Source: Chrysomallon squamiferum (lineage: Eukaryota > Animalia > Mollusca). Taken from it: a stretch of DNA of 64,000 nucleotides. Below the pieces are notes generated by a model, which was not told the DNA's origin, made no database searches, and worked only from the letters and a program-made list of their open reading frames with translations. Below, in pieces: positions 1-14,072 of the stretch (position 1 is the stretch's first letter; every line of letters starts with the position of its first letter). The stretch is taken from contig CM022670.1 in assembly GCA_012295275.1 (NCBI GenBank), forward strand, positions 32,612,001 to 32,676,000, in the 5' to 3' direction. Both the position numbers and the translations under genes were made by a program.

Positions 1-1299
1 CTAAATTAGTGGTGTCATGGAGTTATTTCCCTTTTTCTGCTAGGGTTTCCTGTTTGCTGGAGAAATGACTGAAAGATTTTTAGCTGAAAATTGATCTGAT
101 GTGCTGCAGCTGGCTTCATGTTTAAAAACAAGCAACAATAATTAGCTAATATAATGATGCACTTGACATGAAAGTGTAAATTAAGTGATCAAATGCAATT
201 AAACTGACAATCTTGACTTGGATACTGACCTTGTGTGTTCACTGAAAACACTTTCTACATGCAGACTGAATGTTCTCCAGTATTCTGTACTATGTTAACA
301 TATTGCAGATTTTCTTTACTTTTTTGTAAACAGTTCTTTAAGGCCTCTGGCTGTCTTTCCAAAATGGAAAAGTTGGAGAAAACAAAATAATTTTTCTGTT
401 AATCTGCTAGGCCCTAATGTGTATAATGTCTAACAAGAAGCAGTAAAAATTAAAACAGAAATTAAAGTAAATGTGATTTATAATATATTTGCCTTGTTGT
501 GACATTATGCAGGTAGATAAAATATTTTTTTGTCTGGTTAGTAGTAGTGAATTTTTTATTATTAATATTGTTTCTCTCTTAATAAAAACATGTAAAATAA
601 TTCTTCTAAATACTGACTGAAGATGTAATAATAATAATAATAATAATAATAATTTCTTTGAAAATGTGAACTGTTTGTGGATAATGAAATTAAAAAGCTT
701 CAAAACAATAAAACAAGGGTGTACTGAATATTGTTTACAAAAATGTAAAGAGAAATTGAAATATAAAAAATCCTACATTTCAACTGCAAAATGATTTGAA
801 TTTTTTTTAATAGTGACCTTGTTTGTTTTTTTTAAAAGAATTTTACAATATTTATGAAGATGTATTGTAATTACTTCAAAACAGATATAAAAAAAACATT
901 AAAAAAAAAACAAATTTTAAAAATAGAACCCCCCCAAAAAAAACACCAACATTACTTTTAATTTATATGCAGACACTGATTCCAAAGAAAATTCTGAATA
1001 TTCAAATGAAATAATGCTTCAAAACTTGCTTTATTTTATCAAGCAGAACATAAATATCAAAGTTAAAAAAAAAAAAAAAAAATAAAGTGGCATATACTAA
1101 TAGTAAATTAATTTTAATTTTTTAATTTTTGTTTTATTCTTAATTTACTTTTTATAGATATGACACTAAATATTAATATTATAGAGAAAGAGGAAATTAT
1201 TACTTCACAAGATCTGGCTTGAGTCCATAAAACTTCAAACTGTTACTTAGTTCAGTAGAAAAAAAACCTTGTGGCATATATAATTAGAGAACACAATTT

Positions 1300-1330
<31 letters not shown>

Positions 1331-1769
1331 AGAATAGAAAGCCAAAGTAGAAGGCGTTCTTAATAATAAATTAGTGTGTTAATCTTATTACCCTCTGTGA
1401 TATAGAGTTCTGCATTTTTGAGTATCTTGTAAACAAAAACAAGAAAGTTAAATGGCAGAAATGCCAGAAGAAAATTTAATCATGTTGATTTTCGTTCTCT
1501 GTTTTCAAGGCATACCAAGGTGAATATACAAAATGATAATTTAATTGGTTACAAATGGCTCACCTCTCTTTCACTTTCACTTACTGTTAGTCAAAAGTGA
1601 CAGGAAGCTACAAGTTTTCAGGGTTCGTTTCAAACAACATAAACAAATTTAATATAGCTCTATGAATGCGATGTGTAACAGAACCATAAAACACTTAACT
1701 ATCAGGATTGTTATAAGATCTGGCTGTTTAGTGTAATGATGATTCAGGAGAAAAGATTTCTGCAATATC

Positions 1770-1950
1770 ATGAATCGCTTTATTGATTAGCAGAAAGTAT
1801 CTTTCTTATGAACCTTCCCATGGAACAGGAAAGCAGATTCCAAAACCTTTGATAAGCCAGTTACAGAGATCTAGCTTAAGCAGGCATTAGCTCAAAGCAC
1901 TGTGAAGAATTGATCCTGTGACTAATCATATTTTAGTCTAGCACTTCATG
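1770..1950 (-). mobile_element. Decayed SINE, same family, reverse orientation
   Basis: ATTAGCAGAAAGTATCTTT..ATGAACCTTCCCAT..ACAGGAAAGCA...CCTTTGATAAGCCAGT is the reverse complement of the core. Confidence 0.6.
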
Positions 1951-2259
1951 ACCTAACTATAACTTATTCCCACCTATCATAATTTATCAGTTAAATTCAA
2001 ACTGACATGTATAATGTATTCATGCACTACATAAACTGAGTCACTGTTTCTTATATTGTCCACTGTACTGGCAAAGAATTAGTCACATACAGTAACCATA
2101 CCACTAACTGAATCTATGCATTAAGACCAGTTATGAAAATATTAATATCCTATGGGTCATAGAATGCATGTCGCAGCAGTTCTGGAGAAGTCACTGTATC
2201 TGAAGCTAATGACATTTGACAAGTTATAAATAGCAAGACACTGCTTCTTGAAATGCTCT

Positions 2260-2500
2260 TTTCAAATCTGTTTGCTTTTAACTTTTCAAAGTAACATGAA
2301 GGATATGTAACGTCTATTTTTGATCTTTGATGACTCAAAGTTACTGTATTTTTTGCCAATTCAAAATCTATTTTGTCTCTGACTTTTCAAGCAATGACTG
2401 TAAACCTATTTTATATTTTTAATAAATCAAAGTTACAGTATCTTTTATTCCAGTCAAATCTGTTTGAATCTGACTTTTCATGTTTTCAGAATCTGTAGAC
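2260..2500. repeat. Decayed tandem repeat, period about 93-100 bp
   Basis: Recurrent AAATCT.TTT...ACTTTTCA and TCAAAGTTAC.GTAT motifs. Confidence 0.6.
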
Positions 2501-2624
2501 CTTTTTTCTTCTTTTACTTCATTTCAAATTGATTTTTGTGGGGTTTTTTTAAGATCCTTAAATTGTTTTATTCATTACTGATTCACTAAAGAGACTAAAA
2601 GATTATTTTCCCCCTAAATTATTT

Positions 2625-2820
2625 TGACTATTTCCCATTGCTTCATCTGCTCTGATTTATCAAAGGTTTTTAACATACTTTCCTGTTTATGGGAAAGTGC
2701 ATGGAAAATATCTTACTGCTAACTGATAGTAGTGACTCATGGAAAAACAGTAGAAAGCTTCCAGTTTATATCAGACAAATAGCAATAGAAATAAAATGTA
2801 TTTAGGTATCACTGATCACT
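2625..2820 (+). mobile_element. Decayed SINE, same family
   Basis: ACTATTTCCCATT...TATCAAAGG...CCTGTTTATGGGAAAGTGCATGGAAAATATCTTACTGCTAA core. Confidence 0.65.
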
Positions 2821-5800
2821 ATTTTTTCTTCTATGATGTTCCCTTTTTTCTTATTCTCTTCTGCATTTAAGTTATTTCTATTTTTCCAAATATTAATAAT
2901 TATGTCAAAATTTATTTCTTCTTTCATACATAACAGTAATTTTCATTATATTATAGTTCATCTTATTACCCTACAAAAATAACAAACAAATACTGTAGGT
3001 GGATTGGAGGTAGGAGCTTATGCACTTTATTTAATGCATTTCATTCCTTTTTATCATAGAAAAAATTAAAAATTAAAATAATAATAATAAAAATCTTGGG
3101 GGAATAGTGTTAGTGTACTTTAGCATTTTTTCTTTATTCCTGCGTGAATATTGTAAATTATTTAATAAAGATTGTTCAGTAAAGCTGAACAAACTGGCAT
3201 CACACAGTACAGTGACTTTTGTCATCTTGTCATAGAATTAATTTTCACAGTTGATAACCCCCCAAAAATTAAGAAAATAAAATGAAGAAGTACATCAGTG
3301 TATTTCAAAACACTTTACATTTTCCTGTTTTCTTTCTTTTTTATTAATTCTTCACCTTTTTTTTACTTTTTTCATTCTTTCACCTGTTCCTTCTTTCTGA
3401 TTTTGTTTTATCATTCTTTGTCTTTTTCTTTCTATTTATTCATTATTTTCCTTTCTTTCATTTTTTTTCTATTCTCATTTTTCTTTAATTTATTCTTTCT
3501 AATCTTTCTTTCTTTTTGCATTCATTCATCTATAAGTTTAACAAAACCAATAAAATATTAATAAATATTTGCAAGGTGTACAATAGAACTGTACTCAGAC
3601 ATCAGAACCAATTTCTGTTTAAATGAAAAAACCCTGCTGGCAGTATTGGCTGTGGTTTCACCTATTTTAGGTAGACCTGTTACATAATTACACAGTCTCA
3701 TTACATCAGGAAGTAAAAGCATATTGTTTGCCCACAGAGCTAAATCAAAGGGAATTATTCCTCTTGGACAAAACATAATTTTAGTAATCAAAGCGCTTTT
3801 AATGTACAAAAATACAAAATACAAGAGGAAGTGTTTCTGAAGAAGATGGATAAAAATAAAACACTGATCATTCTGGTGGCCTACTTAGACATGTAAAACT
3901 GTTTTGTTATTTTTAAATCAACCTTCCACCCACATAAATATTTAACTGGACAAATGTGTGTATGCTTCAGGATATATTACTTATAAAGTGTAAAATACAT
4001 TTCTTTTGCAGTTCAGTAACACTAGAATTATTCAACAAAGCATCATAAAAAAAGTACATAATTTTCTAATATATATAAACATATAAATAAATATTTGTAT
4101 ATCTATGCACACAACATTTGTATCTAATTATGTGTTCACCAATGTACCTACACTTCTCAAAAACTGCATCAACCAGTACCCATTTAAATCAGCCCAAGTT
4201 AAACACACACACACACACAGACACACTCACCACAGTGTATACACAAAAACAGATGTACCCAGAAAAACCCCACTACAAGATGATCCTACTATTAAAAGTA
4301 CAAAATTAAATATTTGCAATAGAACTCCATATTTTGAACTAAAAACTAAAAAGTAAAACAAATTTTACTCTGTGACTCATGTATGCAGTTGAGCCTTCAG
4401 TCAAAGAAACTGTGAAAATCATGTTTGTTTTGCACACAGAATATCATCTCAAGGGACCATTAGTGGCTTGAACTGGCATAATGAGATATTTTGTTAATGG
4501 TCAAACAGTGGTCATTTGCTCATTTCCTTTTAAGCCAAGAACTCAACTAATATTTTGTTAGCAGCCATAGCAAAGATATTTGCTCATTTTTGTAAAGTTC
4601 AGAACTCCATTAATCACTGGTATAGAGTTAATGTCAATAGACCAATAATATTACTGAAACGAAATATATTTAAGGCTTTTGTAAATATTTATATTCTTTT
4701 TGAGGTTGAATCCATATTTTATAATGTTCACCTAACAGTATTAAATTATTTTTTAATAAACTACTTAAAGTTAATTATAAAACTCTTACAGACTGCATGA
4801 TAAATGGATATTTAAGTCAGATTAAAGTTTAGATTTTGACTAATTTTGAAATAGATATTTCTATTAAACAGTGAGTTGTATACATTATTTCACAATAACA
4901 TTATTTCTACTAAACATGACAGTTCTGATTCATTTTTGAAAAATATCGAACTTGTTTTTTTTTTTTTTTTTTTTTTGTAATTCCGATTAGTATAATATCT
5001 GTGTTAAGAGGATTGTATGCTGAATCATTATACGTCTGGTTTCTGACCCCTTATAATACCATGACTAAACTAAAATATGGTATTGCATATATCTAATATT
5101 GTATATACATGTGGTACCGAAATTTACAAATTTTTATTGATATATATAGTTACTGATCATGCTGTTAATGTGATATCTTACACAAGGCTTAAGCTCATAC
5201 AGATTACAAGAAATATTTTAATTGTGCTTTCTCATAGGTAGGATATTTCCTTGTTGGGTTAGTGGGTGGAAGGGGAAATTACCTGGCATTGTGCTGATGA
5301 CAAATTACTGTGTAACTCATCAGACCTCTAATGCTCTAAACACTGAACCATGAGTTCATCTCATGAAGTGTGAAATAATGTGATGCATCCTTCATTGTGG
5401 ATTAAAAACAGCAACACCACCACCACCCAACAACAACAAATCATTAACTATTTACAGAACTTTGATAAATGATTCCTTCAACAAGTTTTCCTTGTTAAAG
5501 TAATTGATGAAATGAAGCCATGTCTGTTTTTAACTCTTTTTTTTTTTTTTTTTTTTTTCACATTAATTTCAAATATAAGTGGAAGATGTTCCAAAAATAA
5601 TTCAATTTTATATCACAATGCTGTAAACAGTTTAAAACTCAGAAATAAGGACATAGCTACAGTGTGTGATAGAAACAGCTGCACTTATCTCAAATGTACA
5701 CATCTGGGCCGCAGATGTTTAATCTAAGAACATTAATACCATTCCTAATTCTCCAGGATCCAAACCTTCATTTAACAGTCAGTCTTAAGCTGTCTTTATG

Positions 5801-8508
5801 ACAATGCTTAAATTTAATTCATTTTATGTAATTTTATAGATCAATAAATTGTTCTGAATTAATATAATACTAATTTGCATTAAAAAAAGAGAGAAAAAGA
5901 TAAACAGTCTGAAAGAAGATTCCATTTCCACTGAGAAATTTGAAGAAAACACTTAATATATTTGTGTTGCAATGACTACTGTACAAAGGGTGTTAAAAAG
6001 TATTCATTATGTCCAGGTTCCTATAAAAAAAACAGATCTATGCCATGATTAGTTTCCACTGTAAACACGATTAACCTATTTCAAATACAAAACATATATT
6101 TCCATAGTATTGAATTTTTTGTTGATATAAAATCTGGGTTATTTGGTGCATGTCATTTTGTGTTTTATTTGCTTGGCTGTTGAAAGATCAGTATTGAAAG
6201 CATAAAAACATTTTATATTTGTAAACAACAAGGCAGCACATTCCATAGCCTTTATTGAAACATTTGGAGGCCCAAGACTAAAACAGGAAAATGCACCATT
6301 GATGGTTTATTTTCCCTTAAACTAAAGCAATACATTAAAATTACAATTAACTCAAAAAATTAGTTATGTGTTAAAACATATTTCTGAACAGATCTCACCT
6401 TAGGTAACTATCTGATGTATTGATATTTATCAGCTAATTAAACATTACTTGACATAAAATTGTTTTAATATACAGATGATATAAAAAATATTTCAACGTT
6501 TTCTGCCTGACCACTGTTGACCCATCAGTAAGGCAGGGCTTTTCTTTTTTAAATGAGTATATAACAACTATAGCCTGTTTTATCATTAACTGTCATGTTC
6601 ATTCACCTCCTGGAAGCTTAAAGAATAAATATTTAATGCAAGTATTTGGTGAAGAATATCTCCCAGAGAAAGATAAGTACTTGTTATGATAGCACAACAA
6701 CAATGTATAGACTTTTAGCTTTGTTGGACATGCCATCCATTTAATACACTGGATTGATTATAAAGCAAATAAACACTGTCAGATTAATTACACACATGTA
6801 CAAACACATACATACATATATAAAGACAGAAAGACAGACAGTCACACAAGAACGAATACCATACATACATGCATACCTATATACAGGTGAACTAATACAT
6901 AAGCACACATGTACAGACATACACACTAACATACATGTATATGCAAATGCCTGCACACTGACAAGCTCATACAAATTATATGCATATTTCTAAATAGTTA
7001 CCTACATTGTGTAATCTTGAACACATTGATATTCTCAAATCAAATACACAAATACCCATACTTAAATCTTCATGTGCTCATACAAGCGTGTGTGTGTGTG
7101 TGTGTGTGTGTGCGTGCGTGTGCGTGTGTGTGTGTGCGTGTGCATGTGCGTGTGTGTATGTGTGCACTTACATGTTCGGTACAGACAACCATTTAGAAAG
7201 AATATGCATATATTATCAATATATATACTTGTATATACAAGCCTGAATTTCTGGCTATATATAATGGAATTATGCAGGCATGGCACATGTTGAAGCTATG
7301 TTATCAGGTATATAAATCATTGTCATGAAGATGAAAATGATACCACACCAAGTTTAAATTTATCACTTACAAATTACTTTTTCCCTTCATTTTTTTTCTC
7401 AAAATTTAAGCATTGTTTTTGTTTCAATTTCAAAATAAAACTTTAAGCAGTCTTTCTAAATATAACTGAAAAATACATATACAAAGAGTATAAACTATAT
7501 GTCTACTTGAAATTTCAATAGCTACCTTTATAAGTGCCCTAATTTATTTATTTGCTACTTCAAGTACTGAGTTGTTTTTTTTCAGTTTTATTTATTGATT
7601 ATGGGTTCAGGCTAGTTCGGTGCACAGAAAACAGTACAAAATAGAGATTTACAAACTTGTATTTTTCTATTGTACCTGATTATTTTTCAACTGAACTTAG
7701 ACACTCAGGTATTTCACTGTCTGTAATATACCTTTAAGTCTGCATAAAGAAAACTCAATTTGTATGCATTTCTATTTGTGTGGATACCATGTGGAATATA
7801 CTCATATTCTATGTAAGTAATATTTAATAATATATAATCATGTAAGTATCACTTGTGTTATAATTCATAGATTATAGAAAATAAATGTATCTATAAATAT
7901 ATTATCTGAGTTAGTAATATATCATATGAATGTGTGTGTGTATGTGTATATTTATGTTTTTAGCTATGTAAGTATTAGTAGTATTATACCTCACAGATAT
8001 ATATATATATATATATATATATGTAGATGTCAGTAATATTTCACAGATGTTTGGAATATCAGTACTGTTATACCTGACAGGTAATAGTGTTGTCATGTCT
8101 TCCTGGTTTTAATGTGACATTGTTTTTAAAACCAGGAATGAAATGTTTAGTTAAAAATTGAAGGTCTGAGTTTAATTTGTATGTAAAGAGTGTGCAGGTT
8201 AATATTCAGTTCAGATATAATGTGTTATGCTATTTTTAAATATATTTTGAGTTGTTGCTTGAATTGTATTTACAATAGTGGCTGATAAAAACATTAATCA
8301 TTTGGAAAGAATTAATGTTTGTATAATGGCACTCTATAATAATAATTTCTAATAATTTAAAAAAAAAATGATAATGATGTTGCCCAGTACAGTTTGATAA
8401 TCATGGAGATTATGTTTTTCATACAGAATTTTCACTGTTCTGCATACATAAATAAATGGTGTTTTTAATTATATTTTCTTAATCTTATAATAAGAATCTG
8501 TTTATTAT

Positions 8509-8545
<37 letters not shown>

Positions 8546-11500
8546 CTATAGGGTGTGCCAAAAATAAGAAAAGAAAAAGGGAAGATTTTGGCCTTATGTA
8601 GCATATACTAGAAATGGTAAATATTTAGAAAGTTTCAAAATACGATTTTTGAGATATGAGGTGTTAAAGTTCTGATATAATTTTTTTTTTTTTTTTTTTT
8701 TTCTTTTTTGAATTCTGCATTTCTGACATTGCTCAGTATACTTCTGTTTTGTTGTAAATGGCTTGAGCTTGTGTCAATCAATTTTACTTCTACACACTTT
8801 TTAATAATTTAACATTGTGTTCAACAAATAATGTCTGTTCAAAGCACATGGTAGTTTGATCTGAAAAGTGTTCATCAGTTAGCAGAAGTAAACTCTCAGT
8901 GGATTTCATTAGTATTTTAACAGGTAAAAAAAACAACAACAGCAGCAGCAAAAAAGAAAATCAGGAAACATAAATGGATAAACATACCTATATATGTATT
9001 TTAATGTGTTTGATACAGTGTGACATTTATCAGCTATTTCTTTTTTTTATTATTTTCACTTTTTTGCTCTCTTATTGTTTCCCATGAGATTTGTAAGCGG
9101 ATACGTTCCTCTGATTAAATATGGATTAATCTAGAAAAACAAAAAGCAAGTGGGTAGAGATGGTGATAAATTCCTTGTTCTTGTAGTTGGTGCACATAAA
9201 AGCAAAGCTGTGTAAAATAACATTTATGCCGAGGTGGAAGCAAAGTGGTCTGGAAAGAGGACAAAAAATTGAAAGCAAATTTAAGAGATTTATTTAAGGT
9301 ATGAAAGAGATGTGACTGTTTTTCTTGCAGAGATCATTGGAAACGTTTTTGGTGAACTGCTAATGGAGATGCTTCTGTCAGGATAGTGTCGTGGTTACTT
9401 GATATTAGTCATCTGCTTTCTTTCTAAACCAGGATTTATAAAAAAAACAGACACAGAAATAACAGGCTAAATATTGAATATTCTAATAGAAAATGTGCCA
9501 TGAATTTTTCAAGAGCTTTGTGGGTTATTGATAATTCTGAGACAAAGAAGGGTTATTTAGTGAGCTTGTGTGTTTATTTGCATATAGCAAAAAATCTTGT
9601 TAATATTACGATTCTTATATGATACTTATATAAAATGTTTTTTCGTACATGAAAGGTTTATTCAGTTGATAAATTCAAGTGATTTGCCAGTTAAATAATT
9701 ATATACTCTAATGGATATTTTATTTTACATCTAATGTAACATATGTATTATGAATTAGACATTGCATCAAAGATCTTTTTTGTGTCAACTCATATAAATC
9801 TAATCAACACTCAATTACATTTAGTTTTAGTTAGGTTATATTGTTGCTATTATTATTATTATTGTTGTTTTGTTAACATCATCATCATTATCATTGCCAT
9901 TATCATTATTTTATCGTTATTATGAATATTTGTTTTTATTTATGTTTTTATTAATTATTATTATTTCTTTTCTTATTTCTTATTTCTTTTCTATATCTTT
10001 CAAACTGCCTAAGATCATTGTATCTGAATGATAAATAAATTTTGATACAACACATTTCAATTAAAATCACTCATCATTTGTTCTGTACCATCTGATAAAT
10101 ATTTTCCAGGGAAAAAAAAAAAACAATTTTGTGAGCTTCTAAAAGAATTAAAACTAAAACAAATGCAATAGATCTGAACAGTTTTGCAAACTTTTCTTTT
10201 CTTTTCATTTTTCTTTTCTTAATTAATATTTACAGGGTAATATGGTAGTTCTTAAATTTTATAAAATACTGTGTTATGATATAAAATGTAATTATATTTT
10301 ATTTCTTTTTTTTTGCAGGCAATGAAGACTGGGAATGTATATAAAATATGTTGATGGATTCTGTTTAACAAGAGAAAAATTAATATAAAGATGAAGGAAG
10401 ATTATATTGTTTAATTATCACCAGACCTGTACATTCTGGATAAAAAAGGAAAAAAAGTTTTTCATAGATTTCTTAGACTTCAAAAAAAACATTTGAAATA
10501 AAAAAGAAAGAAAAAAGTACACTATATTGAGTTCAAATGAGTGAAAAAAGTTTTCTTGAGTGAAGATTCAACATTCTGCAGATGTAGTTAATTTTCATCA
10601 ACATTGAAGAGAGGCATTTAAAACAAACAATTTTGTTTTCAAATTCTCCCTTCTTTTTTTTTTTTTTTTCCCAAGTGCAAAACTTTTTTTTTTTTAATCT
10701 GTGGTTAAGAAAATAAATGAAATGATCTGACGTGAAACAGAAGACAACTGTGTATTTGCAGGTATAAGTTGGGCTGAGAATTAGTTGTGCCGTCAGTGTA
10801 AAAGAAGTTTTTCAGGTCATTGTGCTGGTGATTAGCTCACATTCACTTGGTCTGGGAGTGTAAATACTTTCTGTGTAAATACACCCAGCTACCGTTTGTT
10901 TTCATGATCGACATATCGACAGTAGTAGAGGCCAGGAATATAACTTGTTATGGATTCTACTTTTTCTCTCTTCTTTTTCTTTTCCCCCACAAGAGAATAA
11001 GATAAATACTTTCTTTTACGTGTGGGACTTGAAAAGCACAATTACTTTAGATGTTTTATTCTGAGGTACAATTTCAAATATCTCTGCTGATATAACATGT
11101 ACTTCCTGATGTTCATCTTTGATGCCAGGACTTCAATTATGGTTCCAGAAAATAACCATTCAGGGATTGAAATTATTTCTTCAGATTCTTGCTCAATTAT
11201 TCGAAGTTCACCCATTGGCCAAGACAGACGATTGTGTGGTCACTGTTCTCCTTGGAATGTGCTTTGATTCATTATTGATATTTCAATTTGTAGATGCACT
11301 CTATGATTATGAGAAAAACATCACTCCAGTGATGATGCACTGAAAGAGATTTTCACCATCTGCAGTTACTTGATCTCAGAGTTGTGGTCAATGAAATCTC
11401 ATCCTTTTTCCATTTACAGAAGCATTTAGACCAAAGAACAGCCACCCAGAATTGAAGAATTTAAGTACCTGTTTTAAAACCTTTTAACACCTGCTGAATT

Positions 11501-12034
11501 ATGTCAAGGAAATTGTATTATTTTCTTGTCACTTGCTCCGACAGACATTACTTTTGGAGAGTTTAGTTTGCATTATTCTCTGTGAAAGGATGGAAATGAA
11601 TATCTGTGCTGGGGAACTTTTAAAAAACCTGTTTTAAGAAAACACCCCAAAAAGACAAGAAGAAGAAGAAAACAAAGTACAAGAGATCCTCTGAAGTGAT
11701 TGCTTTCATAAGAAGCATTCTGCTTCATAATACCTCTGATCATTTGTTTATAAGCATTACCTTTGTATAATCACACCTTTTTACCTACCTCAGCTATCAG
11801 TCAAAAAGTAAGAGAAAGCCTAGAATAGAAGTCTTGTTGTTATTATTGTTATTATTATCTGATCATTCTGAAATCATCTAGGATATGAAAATAAGTGAAA
11901 TCTTGACCAAACATGCACAAAAAAATGTGTAAATTGTTTTAGTTACTTTGGAGATATTGGCTATATGTGTGTTGTGAGATAGTTTGTGTGAAACAGCTGA
12001 TAACACTGTTACTAATTAGTTGAATTGTTTGGCA

Positions 12035-12133
12035 ATGACCACTATGAAATCAACACAAGGAGGTGGGGATTCATCGGGTTTTGAGCACAAGTGCTCTGCG
12101 AATTCCCCAGGAGCGCCGGTCATTCTGGAAGAG
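12035..12133 (+). CDS. Candidate alternative first coding exon of PDE4 (reading frame ambiguous)
   Basis: Short GC/CpG-rich island in AT-rich surroundings that ends at a good donor GAG|gtatgt. ATG 12035 gives MTTMKSTQGGGDSSGFEHKCSANSPGAPVILEE (phase 0). Confidence 0.55.
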
Positions 12134-12339
12134 GTATGTACATTAACAGGGTAACTTATTTACACAGAAAACCTTTGTAATAAATGCTCATTATTATAGC
12201 ACAACAATGATGTATTCTCAGGCATTTACCCAATTTCATAACACTCTGACTTGGTTATAAAGAAAATAAAAAAAAATAAAAATTCAAAATAATAGTAATA
12301 ATAGAATTAACAATAATAATAGAAATATTGTTTAAAAAA

Positions 12340-12372
<33 letters not shown>

Positions 12373-13599
12373 AATAACAAATAGAAATTAATACAAAATA
12401 TTTAAATTACATTTTAAATTATCTAGAAAATATTTTTTTTTATTATTATTTTTTTTATTTAAATATTATTAAATAAAAAAAATAATAATAATAAAAAAAT
12501 GTTTTCTTAATGTTATTAAATAATTATTAAATATATCTGAGCAATCTATATTTATAATAAAAAAACCAATAACTTTTAAATAAATGTCAGTGTATATATC
12601 CATTGGTGTTTTATAAGATAAAATAAAACATAAATTTAAAGATATTAACAATCACAGACATTCTTGTTAGACTCAAAACATAAAATGGCAAAAACAAAAT
12701 TATATCAAATTACAATTTCAGTAATGGTAAAGAAAGATATAATACATTTAGAAAATATTTCTAATTTTTTAATAAAAGCAGATGTATAAGTTAAACTTTC
12801 TATTTATTTTGACAGAAATTATTTTTGAAATGTTTAATTTTTCTTTACTAATTTTGAATTTATAATTTGATATAGATTATTTTGCCATAGGTTTAAATAT
12901 ACATATTTAAAATATTTGTGTATATATTTCTATTAACTAAATAATTGATGATAATAATGAATCTGAATTTTGCTTAAATCAATCTATTAAAAAAAATAAA
13001 GCACCCCCCCAAAAAAAAAAAACACCAGTAGCTCCATTTCTTTATATAAATCTGTCTCTTTTATCAGGGGTTTTAACCATATACATGGCTGAAAATAGAT
13101 TTTTTGTTCAAACGTTGTTTTTCTCATGTTATCTCTCACTGTTTAAAGTAACTGGGTAATTCAGACTCATTTGTGGTCTGTACACAAGATTTGAGGGGTA
13201 TTCAGCTTTCTACCACAAACTAACAACAGGCAGAAAGAAAAGTTAATATTCCATTGATATGTTTCAGTTAAATCTTTATAATGCAGTTTAAAAAAAATAG
13301 TTTGAAACGTTATATTTATAAACTTTTTTTTTTCTTTTTTTTATTGTTGTTACATTTTTAATATTGTTGGAAATTATTTACTTTCAATAAGTGGTGTAAA
13401 AATGATCATTAACAAATAAGATAAAAACAACAATAATAATAATAATAATAATAGGAGCAGTGGCAGTAATAATAATAATTAAGTAAATAAATAAATATAT
13501 GTAATACTAACAATAAAATGTTTACCATAAACTGCTAAATATGACATCACTAACCAAATTATGCTTTATTAAAAAAAAAAAAAAAACTATCTTTTATTA

Positions 13600-13632
<33 letters not shown>

Positions 13633-14011
13633 TAAATAAAGTAAAAATATAAATAACTTAATAAATGTAAAGAAGAATAAATACTTATATTATCCTTATG
13701 CATAATTACAGCATTGATAAAGATAGATTTATTAAATTTGCAGTTAAAACAGATATTTTTTTCTAAACATTTTTCTATAATTAATATAATTAAAATCTGA
13801 TTCCAAACTACACATTTTACACACTGAAACAGTATTTAAAACAAACAAATAAAATACTGCATTTTAACAAAAAACCTCCATAAAGGGGAAGTAATTCTGT
13901 ATACTATTGAAACAAATATACTTTGATATCCTCCCCTTAAATATTTAAAGTCAGTTCAAAATAATATAATATGATAAAACCTGTCTTAGAAACACTCACT
14001 CTCACATGCAC

Positions 14012-14051
<40 letters not shown>

Positions 14052-14072
14052 TTTTATTTTATTCATTATATA

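Noticed and set aside
8547-8670. Possible second Tc1/mariner end (TATAGGGTGTGCC...TTTTTGAGATAT)
   Set aside because: No partner TIR found; too decayed to call.
9226-9304. Donor-like AAG|gtatga at 9299 (also near 18578 and at 54392) as extra first exons
   Set aside because: No ATG-initiated open frame in the phase needed by the next exon; they could only be non-coding and are unsupported.
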